Source of the DNA: Pedobacter sp.
GTDB lineage: Bacteria; Desulfobacterota; Desulfuromonadia; Desulfuromonadales; Syntrophotaleaceae
Reading direction: 5' to 3'
Length of the DNA: 64,000 nucleotides
Assembly (NCBI GenBank): GCA_050253415.1
Contig: JBFWJC010000001.1
Span: 680,679-744,678, forward strand
Within the stretch, counting starts at the first letter, position 1. Each line of letters begins with the position of its first letter. The position numbers were made by a program, and so were the translations under genes. The notes below the pieces were generated by a model. The model saw only the letters and a list, made by a program, of their open reading frames with translations, was not told where the DNA came from and did not search any database. Below are positions 1 to 10,088 of the stretch, piece by piece.

Positions 1-410
1 CCGACGTCAGCTTGACCGATTATGTACAAAACCTGGTGTCGCATGTGCAGCAAGCTTATATGAAACAGGAAACGCACCATGAATGTCGCGTGGTCATTGA
101 CAATGTGGAACTCGATATTGAAAAGGTGGTCCCTTGCGGACTGCTGATTACCGAACTGCTTTCCAATGTTTTTAAACATGCTTTCCCTGATGCCCGGTGC
201 GGTGCCATAGAAGTGACCCTCTCAAAGCAAAGTGGACGGTTGCTGCTATCCGTTGCGGATGATGGTGTCGGGCTGCCTGAAAGCCTGGATTATCGCAATG
301 CTCAGACACTCGGGCTGCAACTTGTTTCTGCTCTGGTCGAACAGCTTGACGGAAGTTTGTCAGTAAAAAACGATGCCGGAACCCGATTTGCAATTTCGTT
401 TCCCGGGTAA
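1..410 (+). CDS. Sensor histidine kinase, C-terminal HATPase_c domain (HisKA_2/HWE-like); 5'-truncated by the window edge
   Basis: PCGLLITELLSNVFKHAF (N box), SVADDGVGLP (G1), TLGLQLV and GTRFAISF (G2); reading frame open to the window start. Confidence 0.85.
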   Translation, partial: DVSLTDYVQNLVSHVQQAYMKQETHHECRVVIDNVELDIEKVVPCGLLITELLSNVFKHAFPDARCGAIEVTLSKQSGRLLLSVADDGVGLPESLDYRNAQTLGLQLVSALVEQLDGSLSVKNDAGTRFAISFPG

Positions 411-450
411 GGTAGCGACAGGGTAGGCCGCGAAAAGGAGCGCATTGTCG

Positions 451-1740
451 ATGAAAGCAAAGCTGTTGATCGTCGAAGACGAAGCGTTCATCGCTCTGGA
501 AATCAAGACCCGACTTCAGCACATGGGTTACGAGGTGTGCGGTGTGGTTTCCCACGGGGAGGATGCCATCCTGCAGGCGGAAGCCATGCGCCCGGATCTG
601 GTGTTAATGGATATCCGCTTGAAGGGAGAAATGAGCGGCATCGAAGCGGCCGCTGTTATTCGTGAAAAAAGCAGGATTCCGATAGTCTACCTCACCTCCC
701 ATGCCGATGAGGAAACCCTTCAGCAGGCCAAATGGACTGCCCCCTCCGGGTATCTTCTCAAGCCGTTTCAGGAGAAGGATTTACGCATCGGCATCGAAAT
801 GGCATTGCATAAACATGCCATGGAACGACAGTTGCTGGAAAGCGAAGAGAAATTCCGACTGGTCACCGAAAGCATTGATGACGTTTTCTGGCTCAGCAGT
901 CCCGATTTCAGGGAGTTGCTGTATGTCAGTCCCGCTTATGAGAAAATCTGGGGCCGGAGGCGGGAAGATCTGCATCACGACCCACTGTCGTTTCTCGACG
1001 GTGTGCATCCGCTCGATCGCGAGGCGGTGCGCGCACTCATGGAGCACCCCCCCCTCGAAAGGCTGCAACTCGAATACCGTATCATCAAGCCTGATGGATC
1101 CATATCCTGGGTCAGGGATCGGCGCTTTCCGGTCCTGAATGCCCATGGCAGCCCTTATCGCCTTGCAGGGGTGGCCACCGATATCACCGCGCAAAAGAAT
1201 GCCGAGCAGCAACTGCTGGTTCTCAATCAAAAATTGCAGCAGCAGGCGACTCATGACATGTTGACCGGCTTACCCAATCGGCGTCTGCTCATCGACCGTC
1301 TCGAACAGGCTTTAGCTCAAAGCCAGCGCAATGGCGGGCATCTTGCCATGTTGTTTATCGACCTCGATGGCTTCAAGGAAATCAATGATCGTCTGGGACA
1401 TACGGCTGGTGATGAGGTGTTGGAAATTATCGGTCGACGGCTGAATAATCTTCTGCGTTCAGCCGATACCGCTGCGCGTTTGGGGGGGGATGAATTCGGC
1501 CTCGTCCTTTCAAAAATCAGTGACAGGCAAGGTGCCCAACTGGTGGCGAAAAAGGTGCTGGAAACCATTTCTGCCCCCCTTGTCGTTCGGGGTGAGCACT
1601 GCTATATCGGGGCGTCCATAGGCATCAGTCTCTACCCGGAACATGGTACCTCGGCGGATGAACTTATCAGTCGGGCCGATTCAGCCATGTACAAGGTCAA
1701 ACATGCCGGTAAAGGTTCCTTTGGTTTTTACCACGAATAA
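451..1740 (+). CDS. Response regulator-PAS/PAC-GGDEF diguanylate cyclase
   Basis: REC (LIVEDE, DLVLMDI, LLKPF), PAS (YVSPAYEKIWG), intact GGDEF in ARLGGDEF; AGGAG RBS at 436-440. Confidence 0.93.
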   Translation: MKAKLLIVEDEAFIALEIKTRLQHMGYEVCGVVSHGEDAILQAEAMRPDLVLMDIRLKGEMSGIEAAAVIREKSRIPIVYLTSHADEETLQQAKWTAPSGYLLKPFQEKDLRIGIEMALHKHAMERQLLESEEKFRLVTESIDDVFWLSSPDFRELLYVSPAYEKIWGRRREDLHHDPLSFLDGVHPLDREAVRALMEHPPLERLQLEYRIIKPDGSISWVRDRRFPVLNAHGSPYRLAGVATDITAQKNAEQQLLVLNQKLQQQATHDMLTGLPNRRLLIDRLEQALAQSQRNGGHLAMLFIDLDGFKEINDRLGHTAGDEVLEIIGRRLNNLLRSADTAARLGGDEFGLVLSKISDRQGAQLVAKKVLETISAPLVVRGEHCYIGASIGISLYPEHGTSADELISRADSAMYKVKHAGKGSFGFYHE

Positions 1741-1914
1741 TTTTCCCACCTGCCTAGAAAACCTTTTTTCTCGAAAAAAACTCCTATTTCCCTGCAAAAT
1801 TTCTCCATCCGCTTTTTAAAGAGAGAAAATGCGGCATACTTCTAAGAGTTTGTTTTTTGTGGCGGATTTGTAAAATCCAGTAACAAATAACCAATTTAAT
1901 GAGGGAGACTCGCC

Positions 1915-3381
1915 GTGTCTGAGAAAAAGCAACTGCGCATAGCAACCCGAAACTCCGGCTTCATCGATCCGGAAAAGATCGAAGACTACATCGCCGTTGG
2001 TGGTTACCAGGCTATTGGGCGGTGCCTGGTTGATATGACGCCGCAGCAGGTTGTCGACGAAATGACCCGCAGCGGTTTGCGTGGCCGTGGCGGGGCGGGT
2101 TTCCCAACAGGTGTTAAATGGGGGTTTGCCGCCAAGTACCAGTCGGATACCAAGTACATCATCTGCAATGCGGATGAGGGTGATCCCGGCGCCTATATGG
2201 ACCGGGCCGTCCTCGAAGGTGATCCCCATACCGTTATCGAAGGCATGATCATCGCCGGTTACGCTATTGGTGCCAGGCATGGCGCCGTTTATATCCGGGC
2301 TGAATACCCCCTCGCGATCAAGCGCCTGCGTACTGCCATCGAGCAGGCAGAGGAATACGGGTTGCTGGGTGAAAAGATTCTCGGCAGCGATTTTTCCTTC
2401 GATATCGAGCTTAAATACGGCGCCGGTGCATTTGTCTGCGGCGAAGAAACCGCCCTGATCCGCTCCATCGAGGGCAATCGCGGCGAGCCTTATACCAAGC
2501 CGCCATTTCCCGCCGAATCGGGCTATTGGAATAAGCCGACCATCGTTAACAACGTCGAGACGCTGGCAAACGTTCCGGCCATCTTGATGAAAGGTCCCGA
2601 ATGGTTCAGCAGTATCGGATCCGCCACGGCGAAGGGGACCAAGGTCTTTTCCCTGGTTGGAAAAATCACCAACGTCGGTCTTATCGAAGTGCCCATGGGC
2701 ATCACCCTTAAAGAGGTCATCTTTGACATTGGCGGCGGCTGCCCCGGTGGCAAGGAGTTTAAGGCCGTCCAGACCGGTGGGCCATCCGGTGGGGTGCTGA
2801 CCTACAAAGATCTCGATATTCCGATTGATTACGAAAGTCTTGCCGCGTGCGAATCGATTATGGGCTCCGGCGGTATGATTGTCATGGACGAGGACGCCTG
2901 CATGGTGGCTATCGCCAAGTTCTTCCTTGAATTCACCATGGAAGAAAGCTGCGGCAAGTGTACCCCGTGCCGCATCGGTTCCAAGCGTCTGTGGGAATTA
3001 CTTGAGAATATCACTATCGGGCAGGCCACGGAGGACGATCTCGAGAAACTCGTGACGCTTGCGCGCACCATCAAGGACACGGCCCTGTGCGGCCTTGGCC
3101 AGACTATGCCCAATCCCATACTCTCCACGGTGCGGGTGTTTCGTGATGAATATCTTGCTCATATCCGCGACAAGCGCTGCCCGGCAGGGGTCTGCAAGCA
3201 CCTTTTACAATATGTCATTCTCAAAGACAAATGTGTCGGTTGCACCCTGTGCGCAAAAATTTGTCCCGTAAAATGTATCAGTGGCGCAGTAAAAGAGCTG
3301 CACGTTATCGACCAGAGCGAGTGCATCAAATGCGGAGCCTGTCTGGAAAAATGCAAATTCGATGCGATTGTTACCCGGTAA
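1915..3381 (+). CDS. NuoF/HndC/HydB-like NAD(P)H-binding flavoprotein subunit with C-terminal 2x[4Fe-4S] domain
   Basis: [57 protein letters not shown] and [14 protein letters not shown] start after GAGGGAG. Confidence 0.9.
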   Translation: MSEKKQLRIATRNSGFIDPEKIEDYIAVGGYQAIGRCLVDMTPQQVVDEMTRSGLRGRGGAGFPTGVKWGFAAKYQSDTKYIICNADEGDPGAYMDRAVLEGDPHTVIEGMIIAGYAIGARHGAVYIRAEYPLAIKRLRTAIEQAEEYGLLGEKILGSDFSFDIELKYGAGAFVCGEETALIRSIEGNRGEPYTKPPFPAESGYWNKPTIVNNVETLANVPAILMKGPEWFSSIGSATAKGTKVFSLVGKITNVGLIEVPMGITLKEVIFDIGGGCPGGKEFKAVQTGGPSGGVLTYKDLDIPIDYESLAACESIMGSGGMIVMDEDACMVAIAKFFLEFTMEESCGKCTPCRIGSKRLWELLENITIGQATEDDLEKLVTLARTIKDTALCGLGQTMPNPILSTVRVFRDEYLAHIRDKRCPAGVCKHLLQYVILKDKCVGCTLCAKICPVKCISGAVKELHVIDQSECIKCGACLEKCKFDAIVTR

Positions 3382-3444
3382 TCTGCCTTGCCCCCTCCCG
3401 GTAGCAGGGGAGGGGCGAGCGATAACTTACAGTTGGGTAAGAAG

Positions 3445-3822
3445 ATGTGCGATAAAAAGATTTTCAACAGAACCGAAGCGTTGCGGCTGACCCCGATTAA
3501 TCGTCTGGCATCTCTTAAGCTCAAAGTTGCCGGTCTGGACGAGCATCCTTCGGTGCTGCCGGTCTTTCAGCTCATGTCCTGGGGGTTGGCGGATTGTTCG
3601 TGTCTGGCCCACGAGGATACGGCTGATGAGCTGATGCAACTGGTCTGGCACCCTGACCAGCGGTTTGCTATCGATTATCTGCTTGCCAATGTGCCCGGTG
3701 GTGTGACAACCTTTCAACGCAAACTTCTGCACTTGCCTCCACGAGCCGCCGCCTGGGCCTTGCTGGGGGTTTTTGATATGCGCCTCAAGTCCGACCCTCG
3801 CAAGCCGTATCCGGACGGGTAG
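3445..3822 (+). CDS. Hypothetical protein
   Basis: ORF fills the gap between hndC-like gene and DUF502 gene; stop lies 3 nt before next ATG; no recognisable motif. Confidence 0.55.
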   Translation: MCDKKIFNRTEALRLTPINRLASLKLKVAGLDEHPSVLPVFQLMSWGLADCSCLAHEDTADELMQLVWHPDQRFAIDYLLANVPGGVTTFQRKLLHLPPRAAAWALLGVFDMRLKSDPRKPYPDG

Positions 3823-3825
3823 GCA

Positions 3826-4515
3826 ATGTCGCAAAGCAGCACCGGAGATCTCCCTATGCTTATGAAACGTCTTGGCAGGACCCTGTTCCGCGGGCTGGTA
3901 GCGATGCTGCCAGCTATCTTGACCATTTATATTCTCTATTGGCTGGTGCGCTCCACCGAGACGGTTCTGGGCTCCGTGCTTACGCTGTTGTTACCTCCCG
4001 GCTGGTATGTCCCCGGCATGGGGCTGGTTGCTGGCCTTGTCGTCACCTTTTTGTTCGGCATGGCTCTCAACGCCTTTTTGGTGCGCAAGATGCTCAGTTT
4101 GAGCGAAGCGCTGATGAACCGTATTCCGCTGGTCAAGATATTGTACGGTTCCCTCAAGGATTTCATCGGGTTTTTTGCGACCAAACGTGATACGCAGTTT
4201 AACCAGGTGGTCACCGTAGATCTGGAATTCGGCGGTATGCCCATGCGCATGCTTGGCTTCGTGACCTGCAGTGACTTCAGTAACCTCCCCGACGGGATAG
4301 GCACATCCGATGAGGTTGCCGTCTATCTCCCCTTGAGTTACCAGATTGGCGGTTATACCGTGGTCGTACCGCGAGCCTTGGTTAAACCGGTGGACATATC
4401 CACCCACCGGGCCATGGGATTTGTGGTCACCGGTGGACTTACGGCCGATAAAGGGCCGGTAGGTGCAGCCGCTCGACCTGATGTGAAACCTTCAAAGCCG
4501 GTCGCTACTACCTGA
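3826..4515 (+). CDS. DUF502 family membrane protein
   Basis: Two TM helices, RIPLVKILYGSLKD, MLGFVT and VAVYLPLSYQIGG patterns typical of DUF502. Confidence 0.85.
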   Translation: MSQSSTGDLPMLMKRLGRTLFRGLVAMLPAILTIYILYWLVRSTETVLGSVLTLLLPPGWYVPGMGLVAGLVVTFLFGMALNAFLVRKMLSLSEALMNRIPLVKILYGSLKDFIGFFATKRDTQFNQVVTVDLEFGGMPMRMLGFVTCSDFSNLPDGIGTSDEVAVYLPLSYQIGGYTVVVPRALVKPVDISTHRAMGFVVTGGLTADKGPVGAAARPDVKPSKPVATT

Positions 4516-4986
4516 CTCGGGCAAGGGGTCATCGGCGGACATGGTTTCGGTTTATTGTCATCTGCTCCATAGGGCTCCTCTTGTGCGCGGCTTAAAAGGG
4601 TTATGAAAATCCGCAGCTGAAGGCCGGCCAACATTATCTCCAACACCTCTTCCGATGCTTTAACTCCAGCAGATTTCAAGACGCCTCTCCGGCCGACCGG
4701 TCGAAGTAGCCCACGCCTGAATACGCATGCACGATGAATATGTTTGACGTTAACTGATCTGGTACGCAACCTTGATCCGAAGGGAGTTGCCAACAGGGGA
4801 GTTTTTTTCCTGTCGGTGGTGGGGCTGCTTGACATCGATAAGTACATATTGCATAAAGGTCTCTAATGATGATGCTCGAAGAGTTTTATGCCCGTGGTCG
4901 TTTTGCCCGGACAGGCTGTTTCGTTGCTGATCGGAAGCCGGCGGGTATGCGATGCCTCACCCAAACGATAAAGGGAGGAAGAACTT

Positions 4987-5775
4987 ATGCGTAAGTATTT
5001 CTGGTGGATGATTCTGTTCGCGGTATTGCCGCCCATGATAGTCGCTGCGCAGACACCCATGGAAAAACCGGCCTTGAAGCACCCCTCTTTACAACATCCC
5101 ATGGCGGAAAAAATCGGCAAACAATTGCGTCCCTGGCTGGCTATGGAGATCAACGATTTCTACACCCTGTGGAATGGCCATCCCATATATGATTATACTT
5201 TGACCAACAATTCTCAAGAGCCGTCAAGCCAGCTGGAGGTCACAACGTCCTTTGCCCGCAAACCTGATGGACCATGGGAGAATACGGAAGTCCTCGGGTT
5301 CATGAGCCTGCTCCCGGGGGGTAGCCAGGGGCCGGTTTCCCAGATCATCCCTCGCGGTGCCCGCTGGGCCAATGTGGTCATTCGGCAGGACCTCAAGCCG
5401 GGCAAGCCGGTGGTGCTTGCGAAGAAATTTGAGGTAAGGTATGCCGGACCGGTCATCCGAAGCGTTACCCGCAAGGTTGCTGCGGACAAGACCGGCTTAA
5501 AGCTTACCGTGGCTATCGATAATCCGACGGTGGAGGATTTCCGCGAAGAGTGCACCATTCAATGGAGCTTTTCTGAAGACTTGGAGGGGGTGCGCCCCGC
5601 CCTTTTGCATAAACAGCCTCTGGTTATCCCCGCATCCGCCACTATTACCCATGACTTGTCCGTAACAAACGATGCCTCCAAACCATATTTGACCGTGACC
5701 ATCAAAGGGCTTTACGATACGATTGCCGTCAGGCGTTTCAAGCAGGTGGGGCGTGTTTTTACGCCCATCAAATAA
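4987..5775 (+). CDS. Secreted hypothetical protein (beta-rich, possibly Ig-like)
   Basis: GGGAGG RBS; signal peptide MRKYFWWMILFAVLPPMIVAA; no family recognised. Confidence 0.7.
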   Translation: MRKYFWWMILFAVLPPMIVAAQTPMEKPALKHPSLQHPMAEKIGKQLRPWLAMEINDFYTLWNGHPIYDYTLTNNSQEPSSQLEVTTSFARKPDGPWENTEVLGFMSLLPGGSQGPVSQIIPRGARWANVVIRQDLKPGKPVVLAKKFEVRYAGPVIRSVTRKVAADKTGLKLTVAIDNPTVEDFREECTIQWSFSEDLEGVRPALLHKQPLVIPASATITHDLSVTNDASKPYLTVTIKGLYDTIAVRRFKQVGRVFTPIK

Positions 5776-5797
5776 CAGTCATTCACAGGAGTATCAG

Positions 5798-7255
5798 TTG
5801 GCGGATATCAGTCTCAACCGGGTTGTCGCACGCATCAGTAAGCATGCCAGTCTGAAGGATGTAAGTTTGCATATCGGCGACAACGAGCACTGGGCCGTCA
5901 TCGGTGCCAACGGTTCGGGAAAATCGGCCTTGGGGAGGCTTTTGTGCGGCGAGCTGGAGATCCTTTCGGGCACGCGGGACTCCGTCGCCAAGTCGGCTTA
6001 TATCGCTTTTGAAACGGTCAACGAGATTCTCGACATCGAGTATTACAACGACGATACCGATTTTCTCGATTGCATCGATCAGGGCACGCCGGTACGGGAG
6101 TTCATCCTGGAAGGTCATCCCCACGCCGGGCAGAGGCTCCAGGACCTCGCAGCGCAGCTCGATTTCAGCAGGTTGCTTGATCGCGGTATCCGTTTCCTGT
6201 CGACGGGCGAAATGCGCAAAGTGGTAATCTGCAGGGCTTTGCTGCAGGAACCGGAACTGCTGGTGCTCGACGAGCCGTTTGACGGGCTGGATCAATCTTC
6301 CTGCGCTGTTGTGCGGAGCCTGATCGACTCCTTGGCGCGCCAGGGGGTACGTATCGTTCTGCTGCTCAACCGATTCAGTGAAATCCTCCCCTGTATAACC
6401 CACCTGGCGTATATCCGGGACTGCAGCATTGTTGCGAGTGGTCCCCGGGATATCCTGCTGGCGTCCGAGGCGCTGTTGCGACTGCACTCCTTTCACTATA
6501 CCCTGCCAGCGCAACTGCCGGATGTCGGCGCAGTGCCCGTCGCCATCCCCCTGTCGGAAACCGAGCCGTTGATCGAAATGAAAGACGTGGTTGTGCGTTA
6601 CGATGGCAGATACGTTTTGAACGGACTGAGTTGGACGGTTTTACCCGGGCAGCACTGGCAAATTTCCGGTCCCAACGGTTCCGGCAAATCGACTTTGCTG
6701 AGCCTGGTCTCCGGCGATAATCCTCAAGCTTATGCCAATGATATCCGTCTGTTTGGACGCCAGCGGGGCACGGGAGAGAGTGTCTGGGAGATCAAAAAAC
6801 AGATCGGTCTGGTTTCCACCTCCTTCCAACAGAACTATCGCGTCGGCATTACGGCTGAACTGGCGGTTATTTCAGGTTTTTTCGACAGTATCGGGGTGTA
6901 CGGCAGTTATACCCGCAAACAGCGGGATATCGCCCTGCAGTGGCTGGAAATCCTGCATATGCAGGACAAACGCTCCGCTCCGTTGCGTGGTTTGTCCTAT
7001 GGGGAGCAACGCCTGATTTTGTTGGCTCGTGCCATGATCAAGCAGCCAAGGTTGTTGATTCTCGATGAGCCGTGCCAGGGGTTGGACGATGTCAACCGGG
7101 AGATGGTTCTGAAGCTTGTCGACCATCTCGGTACGGCCGGCCAGACTCAGCTTCTTTACGTGACCCATCATGCAGACGACCGTATACCCTGTGTCGATAA
7201 TCACATGCAGATGGTAGCGGCCGAGGGGGGCGGATATAAGGCCCAGGTGGTTTAA
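5798..7255 (+). CDS. modF: ModF-like ABC ATP-binding protein (two ATPase domains)
   Basis: GANGSGKS / LSTGE and GPNGSGKSTLL / LSYGEQR; GTGESVWEIKKQIG; TTG start after AGGAG. Confidence 0.85.
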   Translation: MADISLNRVVARISKHASLKDVSLHIGDNEHWAVIGANGSGKSALGRLLCGELEILSGTRDSVAKSAYIAFETVNEILDIEYYNDDTDFLDCIDQGTPVREFILEGHPHAGQRLQDLAAQLDFSRLLDRGIRFLSTGEMRKVVICRALLQEPELLVLDEPFDGLDQSSCAVVRSLIDSLARQGVRIVLLLNRFSEILPCITHLAYIRDCSIVASGPRDILLASEALLRLHSFHYTLPAQLPDVGAVPVAIPLSETEPLIEMKDVVVRYDGRYVLNGLSWTVLPGQHWQISGPNGSGKSTLLSLVSGDNPQAYANDIRLFGRQRGTGESVWEIKKQIGLVSTSFQQNYRVGITAELAVISGFFDSIGVYGSYTRKQRDIALQWLEILHMQDKRSAPLRGLSYGEQRLILLARAMIKQPRLLILDEPCQGLDDVNREMVLKLVDHLGTAGQTQLLYVTHHADDRIPCVDNHMQMVAAEGGGYKAQVV

Positions 7256-7399
7256 CCGTCTAAGAATCTGCCGTTGGCATACTATCGCCCGCCTGGTAAG
7301 GCCGGCCGGAAAACCGAATTGCTATTCAGCGGCAGATATCCAGGAAAAACGTGTGTCTTCGCCAAGAATGTAAAGAAATATTTGCTCACAGGAGAGACC

Positions 7400-8701
7400 A
7401 TGAAAAAAACGGCCATTCTAATCGCAGGGTTGATTGTCGCAGCAATGTTTGGGGCGACTTGCTATTCCAGCGTAAAAACTGAAAAGATATTTACCGCCCA
7501 AACGGAAAAGATGCGGGAGTTGTACGGGCCGATGTTGGGAGTAAGTCTGGATAACTATGAGCGTGGATTTTTTCACTCCCAGGCCAAGACCACTCTGCAG
7601 GTGGGGCAGGCAACGCCTGTGCATATGCTTCATCGGGTGACGCATCTGCCCTGGGGGGCGAGGGTGGTGACGACCGTCGACCAAGGTGTCTATGCAGATG
7701 AAGATTTGGCTGCAATCCGTGAACAATTACCTCTGGATCAGCTGAAGCTCGTCTGCCATTTTGGCATAACCGGGAGTTCCGATGCGAAGATGGAAATACC
7801 GGCCATTGTCATGGAACAGAATGGCGCAAAGATAAGTTTGGCCGGCATCGGCCTCAGCGGTGGACTCAATGCGGCCATGGATCGTGGGGATTTCGATGTC
7901 AGGATCGCAAGCCTGCAGGTGCAGTCTACCGATGAGAAAGACCTTGCCATTGCCGGGTTGCGCTACTTTGGAACCTATCGGGAGGTGAACGGTTTCCCTC
8001 TTGGCGAAGGAGCGTTTCAGCTGGATGACATTCAGGCCATGCATGGCGATATTGTTACGCATGCACTGAAAAAACTCCTCTGTCGTTTCAATAGCACACT
8101 GACGGATCAGACCTTAAACGAATATGTGGACATCACTTTTGGAAACATAGCGGTTTTAGACGCATCTTGTTCAAGCGGTCAGTTGAAGTTCGATATCACC
8201 GGCTTGGATGCCGAAAGCGTTCGCGCAATTCGTGAAGTTTATCGGGGCTCTTCGGCGGCGGCTCTGGATGGGGGGGACGTTGATCCCTTTATGTTGCAGC
8301 TGCAGGTTATGTCCAAGGGCATGGAATTGTTGCAAAAAGGTATGCGCTTCAAACTTGATGCCCTGAGGTTGGAACATGCCAATGGGTCGATGAGCGCTGA
8401 GGGATTTGTTGATCTGAAGAAAAGGGAAGATGGTTCCGCGCCGGCATTTGACCTGAAAAATATCGAGGCGCAAGCAAATCTGCATTTTGATAAGGGTGCG
8501 TTTGCTGACGGGTATCGCCTGGCCAGTGCCCTGCGTGGAAACCGCAGTCTCGCTGAGGATCTTTCCCGTCAGGCGGAAACGCTCGCGCAGTCGCTGTTGG
8601 CGCAAGGAGTTCTGATACAGGCTGAGGATGGTGGCCTGAGCGCTGACTTATCCTTTGCCGATGGCAAGGCGAGCTTGAATGGGAAGCCCATGTCGCGTTA
8701 A
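7400..8701 (+). CDS. YdgA/DUF945 family exported protein
   Basis: N-terminal anchor, YERGFFHSQA, HRVTHLP and C-terminal LNGKPM as in YdgA family; AGGAG RBS. Confidence 0.8.
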   Translation: MKKTAILIAGLIVAAMFGATCYSSVKTEKIFTAQTEKMRELYGPMLGVSLDNYERGFFHSQAKTTLQVGQATPVHMLHRVTHLPWGARVVTTVDQGVYADEDLAAIREQLPLDQLKLVCHFGITGSSDAKMEIPAIVMEQNGAKISLAGIGLSGGLNAAMDRGDFDVRIASLQVQSTDEKDLAIAGLRYFGTYREVNGFPLGEGAFQLDDIQAMHGDIVTHALKKLLCRFNSTLTDQTLNEYVDITFGNIAVLDASCSSGQLKFDITGLDAESVRAIREVYRGSSAAALDGGDVDPFMLQLQVMSKGMELLQKGMRFKLDALRLEHANGSMSAEGFVDLKKREDGSAPAFDLKNIEAQANLHFDKGAFADGYRLASALRGNRSLAEDLSRQAETLAQSLLAQGVLIQAEDGGLSADLSFADGKASLNGKPMSR

Positions 8702-8722
8702 TCGGTTCGTATTAAAAATAAT

Positions 8723-8755
8723 GAGCCGCTTTCAGTGTCTGGAGGCGGCTTTTTT
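8723..8755 (+). terminator. Rho-independent terminator after ydgA-like gene
   Basis: AGCCGC...GCGGCT stem followed by T-run. Confidence 0.75.
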
Positions 8756-8882
8756 GTGTCCGGGGTGGTCGAAAATCGTTTTTGAGTGGGAGGGACAACG
8801 GTCACGTTGGATCGCTTTCCCATGGCGGACCATCTATTTCAGTGCGTCAGGCTGGGCGAGTATGGCTCTGGTAGTCTCCGGG

Positions 8883-9989
8883 TCAAAAAATCGATGGCGT
8901 AAAGGGAAGATTCAGGGCTTTTGCAACGGCCTGGTTATGCAATCGACCTTGGTGAAGGTTCAGTCCCTTGGCCAGCGCCGGGTCTTCGTTCAATGCCTGT
9001 TGCAGTCCCTTGGTTGCCAAATCGCGGATGTACGCCAGGGTACTGTTGGTCAGGGCAAAGGTGCTGGTACGGCTGACGGCGCCGGGCATGTTGGCCACTC
9101 CGTAGTGCAATACCCCGTGTACTTCGCGTACCGGATCGTCATGGCTGGTAGGACGGATCGTTTCCACGCAGCCACCTTGATCCACGGCCAGATCGACAAT
9201 TACGCTGCCTGCTTCCATCTTTTTTACCAGAGCTTCCGACACAAGGTGGGGAGCCTTGGCTCCCGGAATCAATACCGCACCGATGACCAGATCCGCCCTT
9301 GATACTTCCTCTTCGATATTCTGAGAGTTCGACATCAGGGTGTGGATATGATTGCCGTAGTGATCGTCCAGGATTGCCAGACGTGCCGGTTCAATGTCGA
9401 GTACGGTGACATCTGCCCCCATACCCACAGCTATACGCACCGCATTGCTGCCCCCGGTTCCGGCCCCCAACACCACGACGCGCCCGGGGCGTACTCCTGG
9501 AGCGCCAGCGAGCAGTACCCCTTTGCCACCATGTTCTTTTTGTAAAAATTGGGCGCCAATCTGAACCGCCATGCGACCTGCCACTTCGCTCATTGGCTGC
9601 AACAGAGGCAGGCTGCGATCGGCCAACTGGATGGTTTCATAGGCGAGAGCGGTAACCCGGTTATTAAGGAGCGAAGAGGTCAGTTCCGCGTTGGCAGCCA
9701 GGTGCAGATAGGTGAATAAACATTGCCCGGGGCGCAGCAACTCGTACTCTTCGGGGAGTGGCTCCTTGACCTTGACGATCAGTTCCGCCGCCGCATAGAT
9801 GCTGTCAGCGGTTTGCAGTATGTCGGCGCCTGCCCGGCGATATTCCTCGTTGCTGAGTCCGCTGCCTGCTCCCGCCCCCTGTTCTACCAGGACCGTGTGG
9901 CCAGCTTCTGTTAGCGTCCTCGCTCCGGCCGGAGTCATTGCGACGCGGTATTCACGGGTTTTGATTTCTTTGGGAATTCCTATAATCAT
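8883..9989 (-). CDS. ald: Alanine dehydrogenase
   Basis: IGIPKEIK, VKVKEP, FTYLHLAA, MSEVAGR, AVDQGGC, VANMPGAV motifs. Confidence 0.96.
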   Translation of the reverse strand: MIIGIPKEIKTREYRVAMTPAGARTLTEAGHTVLVEQGAGAGSGLSNEEYRRAGADILQTADSIYAAAELIVKVKEPLPEEYELLRPGQCLFTYLHLAANAELTSSLLNNRVTALAYETIQLADRSLPLLQPMSEVAGRMAVQIGAQFLQKEHGGKGVLLAGAPGVRPGRVVVLGAGTGGSNAVRIAVGMGADVTVLDIEPARLAILDDHYGNHIHTLMSNSQNIEEEVSRADLVIGAVLIPGAKAPHLVSEALVKKMEAGSVIVDLAVDQGGCVETIRPTSHDDPVREVHGVLHYGVANMPGAVSRTSTFALTNSTLAYIRDLATKGLQQALNEDPALAKGLNLHQGRLHNQAVAKALNLPFTPSIF

Positions 9990-10044
9990 AGACGGAACAT
10001 GCTCCCGACAAAGCAGGTAACCAGGTCCCGGTGGCGGGGACCTG

Positions 10045-10078
10045 AAAAAAGGGCCGGTGCGTATGGCACCGGCCCTTT
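10045..10078 (-). terminator. Rho-independent terminator after serA
   Basis: GGGCCGGTGC-GTATG-GCACCGGCCC stem with A6 on the left (U-tract on minus strand). Confidence 0.75.
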
Positions 10079-10088
10079 GTGGATGAAA

